A DNA stretch of 64,000 bases from Synechococcus sp. AG-670-A05 (GTDB lineage: Bacteria; Cyanobacteriota; Cyanobacteriia; PCC-6307; Cyanobiaceae), in contig QCSJ01000001.1 in NCBI GenBank assembly GCA_003211535.1, forward strand, positions 8,253 to 72,252, in the 5' to 3' direction. A program made the position numbers and the translations under genes. The notes under the pieces are model-generated. The model made no database searches. It saw nothing but the letters and a program-made list of their open reading frames with translations, and was not told the origin of the DNA. How positions within the stretch are numbered: position 1 is the first letter of the stretch; each line of letters begins with the position of its first letter. This document shows positions 34,585 through 45,226 of this stretch, one piece after another.

Positions 34585-35172
34585 TCAGGGCTTAGCTTCC
34601 TTCAGGCCGTCTAGGGGCGAATCAGAGAAAAACTGCACCAGGCCAGAAATTGACTGGGCTTTTGCAATCACGGAAAACAGGGCAGGCAGATTAACCGCCA
34701 ACACCTCATTGGGGTACGCCTTGAGGAAATCCACGGCGGTCAGCCCGTCGCTGCTGTTGTGGAGGCCGTTGACGACACCAGCTCGTAGGGCCGGGATGCT
34801 GACTTCAGGCTGCGGGGTATAGATCGGATAGATGATCTGTCCAACACGCCGGATGATCGCCTCACCAATCCGGGTGTTGATCAGACGACTGGTGAGGACC
34901 AGTGGCAGATCAAGTTTCTGGTTGAGGAGTTTGGCGACGGTGTCCGGATTCTGTTGGGACAGAGATAGCAGCTGTTTCAGCAAACCCCTTGCTTCACCAG
35001 TTTTGGCGAGATGATCAAAGTCCTTGACTGGGATTGATCGCCGGAACGCTCCGCTGACCAGAGCAACATCCTGAGCTGCAAGGATCGGGCTGGCCATGGC
35101 GGTGAGCCCGATCCCACAACATGCTGCCAAGACGATCACTCGGCACCGAACTGTTCGGATGGTAGGCATCAA
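34585..35172 (-). CDS. DUF1400 (alpha/beta hydrolase-associated) exported protein
   Basis: Signal peptide; GAFRRSIPV..F..LA.TG, ALRAG and FLKAYP patterns. Confidence 0.75.
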   Translation of the reverse strand: MMPTIRTVRCRVIVLAACCGIGLTAMASPILAAQDVALVSGAFRRSIPVKDFDHLAKTGEARGLLKQLLSLSQQNPDTVAKLLNQKLDLPLVLTSRLINTRIGEAIIRRVGQIIYPIYTPQPEVSIPALRAGVVNGLHNSSDGLTAVDFLKAYPNEVLAVNLPALFSVIAKAQSISGLVQFFSDSPLDGLKEAKP

Positions 35173-35193
35173 CCCTGGAGCACTGCCCAGAAC

Positions 35194-37056
35194 TTAGGTG
35201 GGGACTCCAGCGGCGACCCTCACGAGGCGGACAACTCCCCGTTCGGCCAGACCCTGTGCTACTTGAACACCCATCCGACGGGTGTCGGCTTCATTCAGCA
35301 ATCTCGGCATTCTTTTCAGCAAAAGATCAGGAGTGAAGCCCGGTAGAGACTGAAGAACGTTGATCAGTTCACGAATCGGTTCCAGCTGCAGTAGGGGATC
35401 GGCTGGGGGTAGTCCATGAGAGCGGAAGGCGCTGGGTTGGAAGCGCTTGGGCAGGCGGCGTCCCAGTCGTTGCATGGTCGACCAGCCGATGGCGTCGAGG
35501 CGATCCACCGTGGCAACTACCACTTGGTCCCTTAGCAGGCCGGCTTTGGGGGAGAACAAAAAATCCAACAATTGATCCAGCAGATCCTCAAGATCCAGCT
35601 GTGCCTGACTAGCGGCACTGGAGACTAGATTTTCAAGACGGGTCCAGCGGAATGCATCACCGTCGAAAAGCATTTCCTTAAGGCTCTGACGCAGCTGCGG
35701 GTCAGGGTCCTCCATCAATCGACGGGCGAAGTAGGGGTAGGCCGCACCGAGGATCTTGAACTGCGGGTCCACACTCAGGGCGATGCCCTCGAGTGTCACC
35801 AAGGAGCGGATGATTAGGGCGTAATACGGAGGAACCCGGAAGGGAAATTTGTACATCACACCGGACATGTCATCTGTCACAGCCTTGAAGTCCATGCGGT
35901 TGACCCCTGCTTCCAGTGCTTGACTGAATACCGACTCGAATGCCGGGACAATCGGTTCGAGATTGACGTCCTCCGCCAGGAAACCAAGGGTGACGAAGTC
36001 CTTTGAGAGTTTTCCGAAGTTGCGGTTCACTAGGTGCACCACCGCCTGAATTAATCCAGTTCGGGATTCACGGCTGACTTCACTCATCATTCCGAAATCC
36101 AGATAACAGAGCCGGCCATCCGCGAGGGCCAGCAGGTTGCCCGGGTGGGGGTCGGCATGAAAGAAGCCGTGTTCCAGCAACTGCTGCAAGCTGCAGTTCA
36201 CGCCGACGTCGACCATGTCGTCGGGGTCGATCCCCAGCTCGCGGACTGCATCGAGATTGGTGAGCTTCACGCCATCGATCCACTCCATCGTCAGCACGCG
36301 ACGACTGGTGGCCTTATGGAAGATGGCGGGTACAGCAATACGGGGATTGTGGCTGTGGAGCTCTGCGAATTTTTCAGCGTTGGCCGCCTCATTGAGATAG
36401 TCCATCTCTTCGAAGACCCGACAGCCCAGCTCATCGATCAGGGCCACCAGATCACTGCGGATCAGGCCGATGTTGCTGTTCAACCAGGCGGCGATATTGC
36501 GAACGATGTAAAGATCAAGAGTGATCTGTTCACGTAGGCCTGGGCGCTGAATTTTGACTGCAACCTTCTGGCCGTTGCTGAGCGTGCCGCGATGCACCTG
36601 CCCGAGTGAGGCTGCTGAGATGGGTTCTCGATCGAGTTGCTCGTAAATCTCATCAACCGGAGCACCGAGGTCCTCCTCGATGCAGGCCATGGCTAGATCG
36701 CTGTCGAACCCCGGTAATTGATCCTGTAGTTGTGACAGTTCCTCCAACAGAAGAGGAGGCACGATGTCGGGACGGGTCGACAGGGCCTGACCGGCTTTGA
36801 TGAAGGCCGGCCCAAGCTCCACCAGCAGCTCAGCGCATTCGCTGGCACGGCTTCGTGCCCGATGTTCATCCTTAAGCAACTGGAAGATCCAGTCGAAGGC
36901 CACACCCAGCAGCAGCAGTCCTATCGGAACAAGGGTCTGCCACAGACGTCGAATCAGACGCTGGGGATGGCCGGCATAGATCCTGGTGATGGCAGCGGGG
37001 TCGTACTCGAGCAGTCCAGCTGCTTCGATAAAATCCCCGAGCTCCGCTGTCATCAT
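35194..37056 (-). CDS. ABC1/UbiB/AarF family atypical kinase
   Basis: GPAFIKAGQALSTRPD, AASLGQVH, VAVKIQRP, FHADPHPGN and LDFG motifs. Confidence 0.94.
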   Translation of the reverse strand: MMTAELGDFIEAAGLLEYDPAAITRIYAGHPQRLIRRLWQTLVPIGLLLLGVAFDWIFQLLKDEHRARSRASECAELLVELGPAFIKAGQALSTRPDIVPPLLLEELSQLQDQLPGFDSDLAMACIEEDLGAPVDEIYEQLDREPISAASLGQVHRGTLSNGQKVAVKIQRPGLREQITLDLYIVRNIAAWLNSNIGLIRSDLVALIDELGCRVFEEMDYLNEAANAEKFAELHSHNPRIAVPAIFHKATSRRVLTMEWIDGVKLTNLDAVRELGIDPDDMVDVGVNCSLQQLLEHGFFHADPHPGNLLALADGRLCYLDFGMMSEVSRESRTGLIQAVVHLVNRNFGKLSKDFVTLGFLAEDVNLEPIVPAFESVFSQALEAGVNRMDFKAVTDDMSGVMYKFPFRVPPYYALIIRSLVTLEGIALSVDPQFKILGAAYPYFARRLMEDPDPQLRQSLKEMLFDGDAFRWTRLENLVSSAASQAQLDLEDLLDQLLDFLFSPKAGLLRDQVVVATVDRLDAIGWSTMQRLGRRLPKRFQPSAFRSHGLPPADPLLQLEPIRELINVLQSLPGFTPDLLLKRMPRLLNEADTRRMGVQVAQGLAERGVVRLVRVAAGVPT

Positions 37057-37127
37057 TTCAGGGGTTAGTAGACCCCTTCTAAACGATGCGAGCCGTCGCT
37101 ACGGTTTGCATCAACACCTGGGATGGC

Positions 37128-38810
37128 GTGCTCACCGGTCTGCAGCTGCAGAACATCGCCCTGATCGATCGGCTCGAGCTGGAGTTCGGCTCTGGTTTCA
37201 CTGTCCTCACCGGGGAGACAGGGGCTGGTAAGTCGATCCTTCTGGACGCACTTGATGCGGTCCTTGGAGGCGCTCAGGGAGTTGCCGGCCAGCGTTTGCT
37301 TCGCGATGGATCGGAGCGGGCACGGATTGAAGCCAGTTTTCAGCTCACTTCCCAACTCAGGCATTGGTTGTCCCAGACGGACTTCGAGCCGGAGGACGAA
37401 TTGCTCATCAGCCGGGAGTGGAAATATCAGGACGGTGATCGTTGGTCCAGCCGTTCGCGCTTGAACGGCACTCTGGTCAACCGTCAGCAGCTTCTGTCCC
37501 TGCGACCGCTGTTGATTGATCTCACGGTGCAGGGTCAGACTCAGTTGCTTGCCAAGCCCGGTCAACAGCGCCAATGGCTTGATCGTCTCGGCGGCTCTTC
37601 CCTAGCGGCGTTGAAGTTTGATGTGGCCGCGGCCTGGCAAGGGTGGTGTGAATCAACAGCGGCCCTTCAGGCGGTGGAACGAGAACAGCAGCGTTGCGAG
37701 GAGGAACGTGCTGAGCAGGAGGCCTTGCTTGAACAGCTTGAGGCGGCCGGTCTGGAGGATCCCAGGGAGCACGAGCGGCTGGAACAGGAGCAGGATCGAT
37801 TGGTCCATGGCGTGCGTCTCCAGGAGGGGCTGGCGCAGTTGTTCCGTCGTCTTCGGGATGGTGCTGATCAGGCCCCATCGCTGCAGGACCATCTAGCTGC
37901 CTCCATTCAGGAGCTGCAATCGATGGCCCAGCTGGATTGCTCATTGGTGGAGTTGAAGGATCAGTCTCTCGATCTGGAGGCCAATGTCGAGTTACTTCTG
38001 CGATCACTTGATCACTACGGCCAAGCTCTGGACAGTGACCCGGAGCATCTCGATCGGATCCAGGAGCGATTAGCGGAGCTGAAACGTCTGAAGCGTCGCC
38101 ATGGCCTGGATCTGGCCGGTTTGATCGAGCGTCGGGATGGATTGCGGCAGCGGCTTGGGGAGGGGTGGGGTGAAGCGGAACTGCAGCAATTGCGGTTAAG
38201 TGAACGGGAGCAGCGTCAGCAACGGGATCAGGCCAATACTGCCCTGCGTCATGCCCGTTCTCAGGCTGCAAAAGCTCTACAGGCCTCCTTGCTGAAGCAG
38301 TTGCCACCGATGGGTCTGGCCAATGTGCGTTTTGAAGTGAATCTGCGTGCCGCTGATCCTGCGGACCATGGAGCGGATGCGGTTTGCTTTCTGTTTTCCG
38401 CCAATCCCGGTCAGCCTTTGGCTCCGTTGACGGAAGTGGCTTCCGGTGGCGAGATGTCTCGTTTCCTCTTGGCGTTGAAAACCACCCTTGCTGCTGTGGA
38501 TGGTTCCAGCACGCTGCTGTTTGATGAGATCGACGCGGGTGTGAGTGGTCGCGTTGGTGGAGCGATGGCTGATTTGCTGCGTAGCCTTGGTCAGCATCGA
38601 CAGGTGTTCTGCGTCACCCATCAACCTCTGATTGCAGCGGTGGCTGATCACCATTTCCGAGTCAGCAAGCACGTGGAGGACGATGTGACCTACTCGCGAG
38701 TGTCCCACCTGCGGGACACTGAGGCGCGGCGTCACGAGCTGGCGGAGCTGGCCGGTGGTGAGCAGGCTGAGGCCTATGCAGCGAGCTTGCTGGAACAACG
38801 TTCGACCTGA
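37128..38810 (+). CDS. recN: DNA repair protein RecN
   Basis: TGETGAGKS, SANPG, ASGGEMSR, FDEIDAGVSG and VTHQP motifs; start taken as GTG 37128. Confidence 0.96.
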   Translation: MLTGLQLQNIALIDRLELEFGSGFTVLTGETGAGKSILLDALDAVLGGAQGVAGQRLLRDGSERARIEASFQLTSQLRHWLSQTDFEPEDELLISREWKYQDGDRWSSRSRLNGTLVNRQQLLSLRPLLIDLTVQGQTQLLAKPGQQRQWLDRLGGSSLAALKFDVAAAWQGWCESTAALQAVEREQQRCEEERAEQEALLEQLEAAGLEDPREHERLEQEQDRLVHGVRLQEGLAQLFRRLRDGADQAPSLQDHLAASIQELQSMAQLDCSLVELKDQSLDLEANVELLLRSLDHYGQALDSDPEHLDRIQERLAELKRLKRRHGLDLAGLIERRDGLRQRLGEGWGEAELQQLRLSEREQRQQRDQANTALRHARSQAAKALQASLLKQLPPMGLANVRFEVNLRAADPADHGADAVCFLFSANPGQPLAPLTEVASGGEMSRFLLALKTTLAAVDGSSTLLFDEIDAGVSGRVGGAMADLLRSLGQHRQVFCVTHQPLIAAVADHHFRVSKHVEDDVTYSRVSHLRDTEARRHELAELAGGEQAEAYAASLLEQRST

Positions 38811-38855
38811 GATCGTCGAGAGTTCTTAAGATTCTGTGCTTTCGATCGGGGCGTC

Positions 38856-41828
38856 ATGGGGCGAGCTGCTGCCAAGAGCACTGATTCGAAGCCCGCATCG
38901 CTGCCGCTGCCTGCCGATAAGCAGGAGGATGTGATCCGGGTCCGGGGTGCGCGTCAGCACAACCTCAAGAACGTCGACGTCACCATCCCCCGCAACAAGC
39001 TGGTGGTGTTCACCGGGGTGAGTGGCAGCGGCAAGAGTTCGCTTGCTTTCGACACGATCTTTGCTGAGGGTCAGCGCCGCTACGTCGAAAGTCTCTCCGC
39101 CTACGCCAGGCAGTTTCTGGGTCAGGTGGATAAGCCGGATGTCGATGCGATCGAGGGTCTCTCGCCGGCGATTTCGATCGATCAGAAATCCACCAGTCAT
39201 AACCCTCGTTCGACGGTCGGCACCGTCACGGAGATTCAGGACTACCTGAGGCTGCTGTTCGGTCGTGCCGGTGAGCCCCACTGCCCCAAGTGTGGACGGT
39301 CGATCAAGCCGCAGAGCATCGACGAGATGGTCGATCAGATCCTGTTGCTGCCAGAGGGCACCCGCTATCAGCTGCTCGCTCCAGTGGTGCGTGGCAAGAA
39401 AGGTACCCACACCAAATTGATCAGCGGCCTCGCGGCCGAGGGCTTTGCCCGAGTGCGCATTAACGGTGAGGTGCGCGAACTCTCCGACAACATCGAATTG
39501 GATAAGAACCATACGCACAACATCGAAGTGGTGGTGGATCGACTGGTGGCCCGCGAAGGAATCCAGGAACGGCTCACGGATTCATTGCGCACCGTTCTCA
39601 AACGTGGGGACGGCCTTGCCCTGGTGGAAGCGGTGCCCAAGAAGGGTGAGGAGCTTCCTGAAGGAGTCGAGCGGGAGCGTCTCTACTCCGAGAAATTCGC
39701 TTGCCCGATCCATGGTGCCGTCATGGAAGAGCTCTCTCCACGGTTGTTCTCTTTCAACAGTCCCTACGGCGCCTGTGAGGTCTGCCATGGCATCGGACAT
39801 CTCAGAAAATTCACCGTGGACCGGGTTATCCCTGACCCCACCCAGCCGGTGTATTCCGCAGTGGCTCCCTGGGCTGAAAAGGACAACAGCTATTACTTCT
39901 CACTGCTCTATTCCGTCGGAGAAGCCTTCGGGTTCGAGATCAAAACCCCCTGGAATCGGCTGACCGATGAGCAGCGGGATGTGTTGTTGCACGGCAGTCG
40001 CGATCCGATCCTGATTCAGGCGGACAGCCGCTATCGAAAGGGAAAAGGGGGTTACAACCGGCCCTTTGAAGGAATCCTGCCGATCCTGGAGCGTCAGCTG
40101 CGTGACGCGAGTGGAGAGGCTCAGCGGCAGAAGCTGGAGAAGTACCTCGAATTGGTGCCTTGCGAGGCCTGTGCTGGTCAGCGGTTGCGACCGGAGGCCC
40201 TGGCTGTCAAGGTTGGCCCCTTTTGCATCCCTGAGCTCACGGCCGTCAGCGTCGGTCAGACCCTCGATCGGATCGAGCAACTGATGGGGGTTGGCAGCCA
40301 TGAGGGTGCTGAACCGTTGCTGAATGACCGCCAGATCCAGATTGGAGATCTGGTACTCCGGGAAATCCGCCTGCGCTTGAAGTTCCTGCTGGATGTGGGT
40401 CTCGATTACCTGAGCCTGGATCGGCCCGCGATGACCCTGTCCGGTGGTGAGGCGCAGCGGATCCGTCTGGCGACCCAGATCGGTGCGGGTCTCACCGGCG
40501 TTCTCTATGTGCTGGATGAGCCGAGCATCGGCCTTCATCAGCGAGACAACGACCGGCTGCTCAACACCCTGGTAAGGCTTCGAGATTTGGGAAACACCCT
40601 GGTGGTGGTGGAGCACGACGAGGACACCATCCGTGCAGCTGACCATGTGGTGGACATCGGTCCCGGTGCTGGCGATCACGGCGGCCACATTGTGGCGGAG
40701 GGCTCCTTCAAGGATCTGATCGCCGTTGAAGACTCCCTGACCGGCGCTTACCTCAGCGGTCGCCGTTCGATCCCGACGCCGGCAGAACGACGCCAGAGCG
40801 GGACCCGTTCGCTCAAGTTGCTCGATTGCAACCGCAACAACCTCAAAAACGTCAGCGTCGAATTTCCGCTCGGTCGGTTGGTTTCGGTCACGGGGGTGAG
40901 TGGCAGCGGCAAGAGCACCCTGGTGAATGAGCTTCTCCACCCAGCTCTAGAGAACGGACTCGGGATGAAGGTTCCCTTCCCGCAGGGCCTGGGCGAATTG
41001 CGAGGGCTGAAGTCGATCGACAAGGTGATCGTGATCGATCAGAGCCCGATCGGTCGCACACCGCGCTCAAATCCCGCCACTTACACCGGTGCCTTTGATC
41101 CGATTCGGCAGGTGTTCGCTGCCACAGTGGAAGCCAAGGCCCGTGGATACCAGGTTGGGCAATTCAGTTTCAACGTGAAGGGCGGGCGCTGCGAAGCTTG
41201 CCGCGGCCAGGGCGTGAACGTGATTGAAATGAACTTCCTGCCAGATGTCTATGTCCAATGCGACGTTTGCAAGGGCGCTCGTTTCAACAGAGAGACATTG
41301 CAGGTGAAATACAAGGGCTACACCATCGCTGATGTCCTTGAAATGACGGTGGAACAGGCCGCCGAGGTGTTCGAGGCGATTCCTCAGGCGGCTGATCGGC
41401 TACGCACCCTGGTGGATGTTGGCCTCGGCTACGTGAAGCTCGGTCAGCCCGCTCCCACCCTCTCCGGTGGTGAAGCCCAGAGGGTGAAGCTGGCCACGGA
41501 ACTCTCCCGTCGGGCTACGGGTAAGACCCTTTATTTGATCGACGAACCCACCACCGGTCTGAGCTTCTACGACGTGCACAAGCTGATGGATGTGATGCAA
41601 CGCCTCGTCGACAAAGGCAATTCGATCATCTGCATCGAGCACAACCTTGATGTGATCCGGTGTTCCGACTGGATCATTGATCTGGGGCCTGAAGGGGGTG
41701 ACCGGGGTGGCGAGATCCTGGTGACGGGTACACCGGAGGAGGTTGCCAAGCATCCGAGTAGTCATACAGGTCGGTATCTCGCCCGAGTTTTGGAGCAACA
41801 TCCTGCTGAGATTCCGATCGCAGCCTGA
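38856..41828 (+). CDS. uvrA: Excinuclease ABC subunit A
   Basis: Two ABC domains (GVSGSGKS x2, LSGGEAQR x2) and zinc fingers. Confidence 0.98.
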   Translation: MGRAAAKSTDSKPASLPLPADKQEDVIRVRGARQHNLKNVDVTIPRNKLVVFTGVSGSGKSSLAFDTIFAEGQRRYVESLSAYARQFLGQVDKPDVDAIEGLSPAISIDQKSTSHNPRSTVGTVTEIQDYLRLLFGRAGEPHCPKCGRSIKPQSIDEMVDQILLLPEGTRYQLLAPVVRGKKGTHTKLISGLAAEGFARVRINGEVRELSDNIELDKNHTHNIEVVVDRLVAREGIQERLTDSLRTVLKRGDGLALVEAVPKKGEELPEGVERERLYSEKFACPIHGAVMEELSPRLFSFNSPYGACEVCHGIGHLRKFTVDRVIPDPTQPVYSAVAPWAEKDNSYYFSLLYSVGEAFGFEIKTPWNRLTDEQRDVLLHGSRDPILIQADSRYRKGKGGYNRPFEGILPILERQLRDASGEAQRQKLEKYLELVPCEACAGQRLRPEALAVKVGPFCIPELTAVSVGQTLDRIEQLMGVGSHEGAEPLLNDRQIQIGDLVLREIRLRLKFLLDVGLDYLSLDRPAMTLSGGEAQRIRLATQIGAGLTGVLYVLDEPSIGLHQRDNDRLLNTLVRLRDLGNTLVVVEHDEDTIRAADHVVDIGPGAGDHGGHIVAEGSFKDLIAVEDSLTGAYLSGRRSIPTPAERRQSGTRSLKLLDCNRNNLKNVSVEFPLGRLVSVTGVSGSGKSTLVNELLHPALENGLGMKVPFPQGLGELRGLKSIDKVIVIDQSPIGRTPRSNPATYTGAFDPIRQVFAATVEAKARGYQVGQFSFNVKGGRCEACRGQGVNVIEMNFLPDVYVQCDVCKGARFNRETLQVKYKGYTIADVLEMTVEQAAEVFEAIPQAADRLRTLVDVGLGYVKLGQPAPTLSGGEAQRVKLATELSRRATGKTLYLIDEPTTGLSFYDVHKLMDVMQRLVDKGNSIICIEHNLDVIRCSDWIIDLGPEGGDRGGEILVTGTPEEVAKHPSSHTGRYLARVLEQHPAEIPIAA

Positions 41829-43165
41829 TGATTCGTCTCGCAGTGGTTTGCGGTGGCTTGGTCCTGACAGGATTATCTTCACCGGCCAAGGCGCTTGAAC
41901 GGCTGGTGCTGAGGATGCCGATTCTGGAAACGAGCGTCACCATCAATCTTGCAGAGGCTGGCTCCGCTGCTGAGCTGGTGCAGTCCAGCCCTGATCTTGC
42001 AGATCTTCAGGAAGTTTGTGGCGGCAAGCTGCTTGATCTGATCGGCAAGGTGTTTCTGGCGCCGTTGCCGTTGGAGACCAAAGCCTTCCTGATGGCGTCC
42101 ACCGGTCAACAGTTGCTGGAGCAGGCGTCAATTGACCTGTCGAAGGTTGCTGTTGCCGCAAAACGACTCAAAGCCAATCAAGAGCAAGGCGTTGCCTTGG
42201 CCAAGGCCGGGCCTGCCGAAACGGTGACCACATCGATGCGGATTCCGCTTAAACTGTCTTGGACGCGTGAGATTGTCCGCGTTGCTGTGACACACCGTCC
42301 GCAACCGCTCAAGTCGTTGACGTAGGTGCCAGCTGGTTCCGCTAACGGTACTTGGCTGTGATTTCTCATGGCCTCTGTGATAACCCTGAGTCGTTAGAGG
42401 GGTTGGGCGAGGTAATTAGCGGCCCAGGGCTAAACGGTACTCCTGCCGGATCACCCCGGCAGTGATTTCAGTCAGCAAAGGTCAATGTTTGCCGGTGATC
42501 GTCCGCCTCCGGGTCCGGAGGAATTATGCCTGCGTCCTCTGGATGTGTCCGCTCTGCTGGATGCCGTAGAGTCCCGCAGTCAGTCAATGGGTAGTGCGTT
42601 GAACACGGAGGCCGTTGCTGTGGTGGGCCACTCCTGGGGAGCCACCCAAAAGCCTTCAGCTCTTGGGCGGTGTCCCCACGGATCGCAAGCTCAAGGGTCG
42701 ATGCAGTGATCTCAAGGATCCCGAGCGAAATCTGAGCTAGCTGCTTCAGTGCAGTTGGTTGAGCGGCATCAACAAAGCCGGTGTGGCGGACCAACTGGTC
42801 AAGGCCGTAGTGGCGGTTAACCCTCCACTTAGTCTGCTGTTTGAACCCTCCAGCTTCACCACCCTCAGCGCCAAGGTGCTGTTGATAAGTGGCACACGCG
42901 ACTGGGTGGTTCCCTCCGTTCCGGAAGCGATCTCTCCCATGCAAGACACGCAAGCTGCTCAGCTGGGCCATTGGCTGGTGCTCGTGAGCGGTGCTGATCA
43001 ATTCAGCCTGCGCAGTTTAAAGGGGAAGTCCGTCCAGCCCTGTTGGGGCCGGTGATACTGGGCTGGATCAACGATTAGCTGGGGGTGAAGGTGGCTGTCA
43101 GTTTCAGTGGCGGCGGCTGGGGTGATGATCAGGTTGATCTGGTGGATGTCAGGGTCAAGCTCCGA
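41828..43165 (+). pseudogene. Degraded exported alpha/beta hydrolase (DUF1400 plus dienelactone-hydrolase-like)
   Basis: Fragments VISHG, LPDHPGSD, LRPLDVS, VVGHSWG (nucleophile elbow), VAVNPP and GTRDWVVP across shifting frames; stops TAG 42323, TAA 42431, TAG 42738, TAG 43076; end approximate. Confidence 0.88.
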
Positions 43166-43369
43166 CATTGCCTGTTCTTCACAATCGATCCTTGATTGAT
43201 GCGTTGAGACAGGGTTGCTGAACATCAGTATTCACAACTGTTTTGGCGGAATTAATGTGTTTCGAACGGCTCATCTATAACGTTTTTTTCAACTTTCAGT
43301 TTGTTTTTTCTCCCTAAATACAAATCAACGGAGTCGATCGATTCCGCTGCTGTTCGAGGGATCGCTGGA

Positions 43370-45226
43370 ATGGGAAGGGGTGTTCGCGTCCTTCATCTTC
43401 ATTTGCACGGTCTGTTCCGGTCCAGGGATCTGGAGCTCGGTCGTGATGCGGATACCGGCGGTCAGACGTTGTACGTCCTGGATCTGGTCCGCAGCCTGGT
43501 ACAGCGTCCCGAGGTTGAGCGGGTCGATGTGGTGACTCGTCTTGTGCAGGACCGTCGGGTTGCTGCTGACTATGAGCGTCCTATGGAAATGATCGCTCCA
43601 GGCGCTCGCATTCTGCGTTTTCCCTTTGGTCCGAAGTGTTATTTGCGTAAGGAGCAGCTTTGGCCGCACCTGGAGGATCTTGCTGACCAGCTCGTGCATC
43701 ACCTCAGCCAGCCCGGTCATGAGGTGGATTGGATCCATGCCCACTACGCCGATGCGGGGTTTGTCGGGGCTCTGGTGAGCCAACGGCTTGGTCTCCCCCT
43801 GGTTTTCACCGGTCATTCCCTCGGACGGGAAAAGCAACGTCGTCTTCTGGCCAGTGGCGGTGATCGCCAACAGATTGAACAGGCCTATGCCATTAGCAGA
43901 CGCATCGAAGCGGAGGAGCAGGCACTTACCCAGGCGGATCTGGTGATCACCAGTACACAGCAGGAAGCAGACCTGCAGTACGCCCGATACGCCCAGTTCC
44001 GTCATGATCGCGCCCAGGTGATCCCTCCCGGCGTTGATGCCGGGCGCTTTCACCCCTTTGCATCGGCGGCGGAAGGGGATGCTTTGGATCAGTTGCTCCG
44101 CCCTTTTCTTCGCGATCCCGACAAGCCACCGTTGTTGGCGATTTCCCGTGCCGTCCGCCGCAAGAATATTCCAGCCCTGCTGGAGGCCTTCGGATCGTCA
44201 TCGGTGTTGCGCCAACGCCACAACCTCGTGCTGGTGCTGGGATGTCGGGAGGATCCCCGACAGTTGGAGAAACAGCAACGGGATGTGTTCCAGCAGGTCT
44301 TCGATCTGGTTGATCGCTATGACCTCTACGGTTCCGTCGCCTATCCGAAGCAGCATTGCCGCTCCCAGGTGCCGGCCTTCTACCGCTGGGCTGCCCAACG
44401 GGGAGGTCTGTTCGTTAATCCTGCGCTTACGGAGCCATTTGGTCTCACGCTGCTTGAGGCCGCGGCCTGTGGTCTGCCGATGGTTGCTACCGATGACGGT
44501 GGTCCTCGCGATATTCAGGCCCACTGTGAGAACGGTCTGTTGGTGGATGTGACAGATGCCGGAGCGTTGCAGGAGGCGCTGGAACGGGCTGGTAAGAATG
44601 CCAGTCGCTGGCGGCGCTGGAGTGACAACGGTGTGGAGGCAGTGTCACGACATTTCAGCTGGGATGCCCATGTCTGTCGCTACCTGGGACTGATGCAAGC
44701 CCATTTGAATCAGCTCCCATCAGCGCGCCCAAGGCCTCAGGGTTCCCCGGTCCCGGTGCATCGACCTGATCATCTGCTGTTGCTGGATCTCGACAGCACC
44801 CTGGATCTGCCCGACGGCCCTTCGCTGACGGCACTGCGCAGCCAATTGGAACGCGATTGTCAGCGCTATGGCTTTGGGATCCTGACCGGTCGATCGCTGG
44901 CGGCGGCCCAGCAGCGCTACTGCGATCTTCATCTGCCATCGCCGCTGGTCTGGATCAGCCGGGCTGGCAGTGAGATTCATCTCGGGGGGGATCTGCAGCC
45001 CGATCACACCTGGGAGCAGCACATCAGTGCCGACTGGGATCGCGCCTCCGTCAAGGCAGTGATGGAGGATCTCCAAGACCTGTTGGAGCCTCAGACTAAG
45101 GTGCATCAGGGGCCCTGGAAGTTGAGTTATCTCCAACGTCAGCCGGATGCATCGGTGTTAGGTCATCCCAGCCTTGCGGCCGTGCTGGATGAATTGAGCC
45201 ACTATCGCTTTCCCAGTCAGCGCTGA
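43370..45226 (+). CDS. spsA: Sucrose-phosphate synthase with a shortened C-terminal HAD/SPP-like domain
   Basis: ELGRDADTGGQ, HAHYADAG, FTGHSLGR and EPFGLTLLEA (GT4) motifs; DLDSTL HAD motif I; start ATG 43370 gives 618 aa. Confidence 0.9.
   Translation: MGRGVRVLHLHLHGLFRSRDLELGRDADTGGQTLYVLDLVRSLVQRPEVERVDVVTRLVQDRRVAADYERPMEMIAPGARILRFPFGPKCYLRKEQLWPHLEDLADQLVHHLSQPGHEVDWIHAHYADAGFVGALVSQRLGLPLVFTGHSLGREKQRRLLASGGDRQQIEQAYAISRRIEAEEQALTQADLVITSTQQEADLQYARYAQFRHDRAQVIPPGVDAGRFHPFASAAEGDALDQLLRPFLRDPDKPPLLAISRAVRRKNIPALLEAFGSSSVLRQRHNLVLVLGCREDPRQLEKQQRDVFQQVFDLVDRYDLYGSVAYPKQHCRSQVPAFYRWAAQRGGLFVNPALTEPFGLTLLEAAACGLPMVATDDGGPRDIQAHCENGLLVDVTDAGALQEALERAGKNASRWRRWSDNGVEAVSRHFSWDAHVCRYLGLMQAHLNQLPSARPRPQGSPVPVHRPDHLLLLDLDSTLDLPDGPSLTALRSQLERDCQRYGFGILTGRSLAAAQQRYCDLHLPSPLVWISRAGSEIHLGGDLQPDHTWEQHISADWDRASVKAVMEDLQDLLEPQTKVHQGPWKLSYLQRQPDASVLGHPSLAAVLDELSHYRFPSQR

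Noticed and set aside
38826-40940. Antisense ORFs (230 and 346 aa) opposite uvrA, and similar ones opposite gyrA, purF, purL and acnB
   Set aside because: Fully nested on the reverse strand of conserved genes; expected at this GC content
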